Origin: Eledone cirrhosa | Taxonomy: Eukaryota | DNA: 64,000 nt | Direction of reading: 5' to 3' | NCBI GenBank assembly: GCA_964016885.1 | Contig: OZ024746.1 | Span: 16,678,001-16,742,000, forward strand | Part shown: positions 61,111 through 64,000 of the stretch, piece by piece | Layout of the letters: each line of letters begins with the position of its first letter | How positions within the stretch are numbered: position 1 is the stretch's first letter | The notes under the pieces: model-generated | Databases searched by the model: none | Seen by the model: the letters and a program-made list of their open reading frames with translations, nothing else | Told to the model about the DNA's origin: nothing | Translations under genes and position numbers: made by a program

Positions 61111-64000
61111 ATTGATCCATTGGCCATCAAGCAACCACACCTTCTGCTACAGAGCTTTATTAAATATTACCTTTATTACTTTTTTGTCATGACACCAGGA
61201 CAAACACAACTGGGTGGAGTGGGTGTTTTTTGGCATAACACCAGCACTTTGGGAGAGCTGGCATGGAGCCGTGATTGGCTTTCCATGCATGTATTCATGG
61301 GTTGAACAGCAAAGATGTATAAGGAGGGGAGGTACATCATTAGAAATCTATTTCGCCATACCTGCCTGGGCCAGACAGGGGATGAAGTTGGGCAACTGCT
61401 TTTGCATGCTGGAAAGAGTTAGATGAAGGGTTGGAGGGCTGTCTTTCTAAGTTGGGTGGGGGAGTGGTCAGGTAGGGTTGAGGGATGTCTAAAGTGGAGT
61501 ACTTAGATAATGATAAGTATTAATGTGGAGAAGATATATGAGGGAGATGGCTGCTTCATGCATTCTGCACAGCTGTCTACAGTCTGCTGTTGCTGTCATG
61601 CCTGTGCCATGACACCTAAGGTAGCACAATGCATGTTACATGTATACATCATAATGTATATATTTATAAATTATATATATATATATATACACACAGACAC
61701 ACACACACACAAAAACATACACATACATACATTTCCTTTTTAGTCACTTTTTACAACATGCAAGGATTCGGTGTGCCTATCTCAAACCCGATACACATAC
61801 ACTGATAAACATAGAAAGATATATTATCATAGAAACTGGAACAAGGTACATATGTGCATGATTATATATTCTAAAATACCAAGAATTAATTTCACCCTGA
61901 TTTTTATCAAAGTGGTAAACAATTATCAGTTCTGGATAAAAGATGAATCATATTCTTCCATGTGACTATCAATATAAAATTGTCTTTTTTTTTTTCCTTT
62001 AACTGTTTAGTCAACCAAGGAAAGGTGGCACTTATGAGTCTTTCATGGCCTTCAAGACTGGTGCAAATTGGTGGGGAGGTACTCTCAAACTGGGTACTTA
62101 GTTTGAATACTTGCAACAGCGTGGACTTCACTGACACCCAAGGGTCAGCTAGTAGTGTTAAAGTGGTAACAGAATTAAGTCTACCCCACCACCCACCCAA
62201 GACCAAGTAACTCCACAGCAGTATTTGAACTCGGAATGCAGATATCCAGAACAAATGCCACAAGCTATTTTGTCTGATGTTCTAGTAACTCGGCCAGTCT
62301 TAAAAGAGACTTCTTTCCTGTATATTCCTATTCAATTAACTTACTAACATTTCAACCAAATCTTTCTCTAACTTTCATACTAACTTCTTTCAGATATAGC
62401 AGTCTGCTACTGGATATATTCCTCTCCAAGCTACTAGCATTTCTTTCTGTCAAAACTGGTCTTGTACTGTCCCTGACCACCACAATGTATTCTCCAATTC
62501 CACCCCTCCATCTCCTCTTCTATCTGCCCCTTCTCCATCCTTTCATACCGACTCTGAAATAATTTAGGGTCATTACCTTTTCCCTCTCACTACCTATGAT
62601 CTTTACTTTTTTTGTGATATTTGGCATGAATTATCCATCATCATCATCATCATTTTATGTCTGGTATCCATGATGGCATGGGCTGGACAAGTCATCATGG
62701 TCTGAATCGGTTCTTATTTGAAGTTATTATCTTCAGTGATGGGTCAAAAGACCACATGACATTCATATGTTCCAAATTTTGGCATGGGTTTTACAGCTGG
62801 ATGCCCATAATACCAACCATTATGCAATGTGTCATTGTTTTAGCATCAAAGACAAATTAAGTGACATTAGATTCCATATCATCATCATCATCACCAATTG
62901 GAAGGATCATTACAGACCAAGTCTGTACTTAATCAAAGCTACTGTCCTCCAAGGTGGATTGGGGACCTTGTCTTACTTACATGAATTCCAGTTTTGTCAT
63001 ACTTTCTAGGGTTGGATGCCCTTTGTAATGTCAACTACCTTACAAAGTGTACTAACTACATTTAATTATGGCACCAGCACAAGGAAGGTTTCTTCATTGG
63101 TGCAACTAGAAAGTCCTTTAATTTTATTCACTTCATATTTATCATTTATTTCTTGGTGTCAAAATTCTCGTTGCATTGTTTGGTCACTGATGAAAATTTC
63201 CATACCAAGAAATAAATGATGAATGTAAAGTGATAAAATGACTTCCATGAGATAATTGCTTTAGTTTCAACAGTCTTGGATAAAGTAAAGTACAATTCCA
63301 AAATTAAATAAAAAGTCCTCTCAGTTTAATGTTTAGTTTTTTTTTCTCATACTTTTTACTTTTTCTAATTTTTTCCCCAAATGTTTAATCATGGGGTTTT
63401 CATCCTGAGTTTCTAGTAGAGAGAGAGAGAGAGAGCTAGCTTAATGGTGTGGAGTTCTCTATCTAGAAATTAATAAGATTAAACCTGCCAGGAAATGACA
63501 TTGCCAGACATTTGTTTATGTATTTCTTATTAAATTTGAGTAACATAAGTGAATTGAAATAGGAAACATAACTCTTATTCACCTAACCTCACCCCACCCT
63601 ACCCAAAATTTGGAATTACTACTTGCAAGTGACCAATGTTATAACAATTCTGCAAATCCATCACCCTGGTCTACTATTCTATCAACCCTGAAAGGATGAA
63701 ATGCTATTAACCTGAGTTGGATTTGAACTCATAACATCCTGTACCACATTAGCAAGACATCCCTGAAAAGTCTAAAACAATACTATGATTGCATCATATT
63801 AAAAGTGTTTAATTTATGGCAAATATTCACAGTAGTAAAGATACTATAAACATTTGAATTAATAAAAACCATTTTTAGATATTTCTGCTAAATCATTACA
63901 GGCTCTTAAAGTAAAGTACAATTCTCTAGTATATTATTCAGTATATTATTATCTTTCAGAAATACAGAGTAGCAGTCTTGATTGGATTCAATATGAAATG

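Overview
AT-rich animal genomic DNA, most likely an octopod cephalopod (inferred from the repeat families, not proven). One host gene is present: a + strand Golgin-45/BLZF1 orthologue with 6 coding exons (25993-47440, 441 aa by my splice reconstruction) ending in the conserved ...NCCPHCKGDIIVV* tail. Bases 2.6-23 kb are mostly giant (TA)/(TG)/(TATG) microsatellite arrays, and the long Y/I/C/V/M/H/T ORFs there are artefacts. Embedded in the arrays are a 5'-truncated CR1/L2-group LINE, an R4/Dong-like RLE retrotransposon with an intact reading frame, and three copies of a bipartite non-autonomous RTE element with a highly structured 5' region. The introns hold three large minisatellites, tRNA-derived SINEs, hAT and piggyBac-type MITEs and a probable Helitron; mariner-type MITEs and Tx1/L1 relics lie in the flanks. 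The most notable signal is at least four families of short, ORF-less elements carrying type I hammerhead ribozyme motifs (retrozyme / Penelope pLTR-like), usually next to TA arrays. One hammerhead (22782-22838, minus strand) is complete. Two families form inversions that break near the palindromic loop 3. Every copy on the gene's sense strand has a damaged core.
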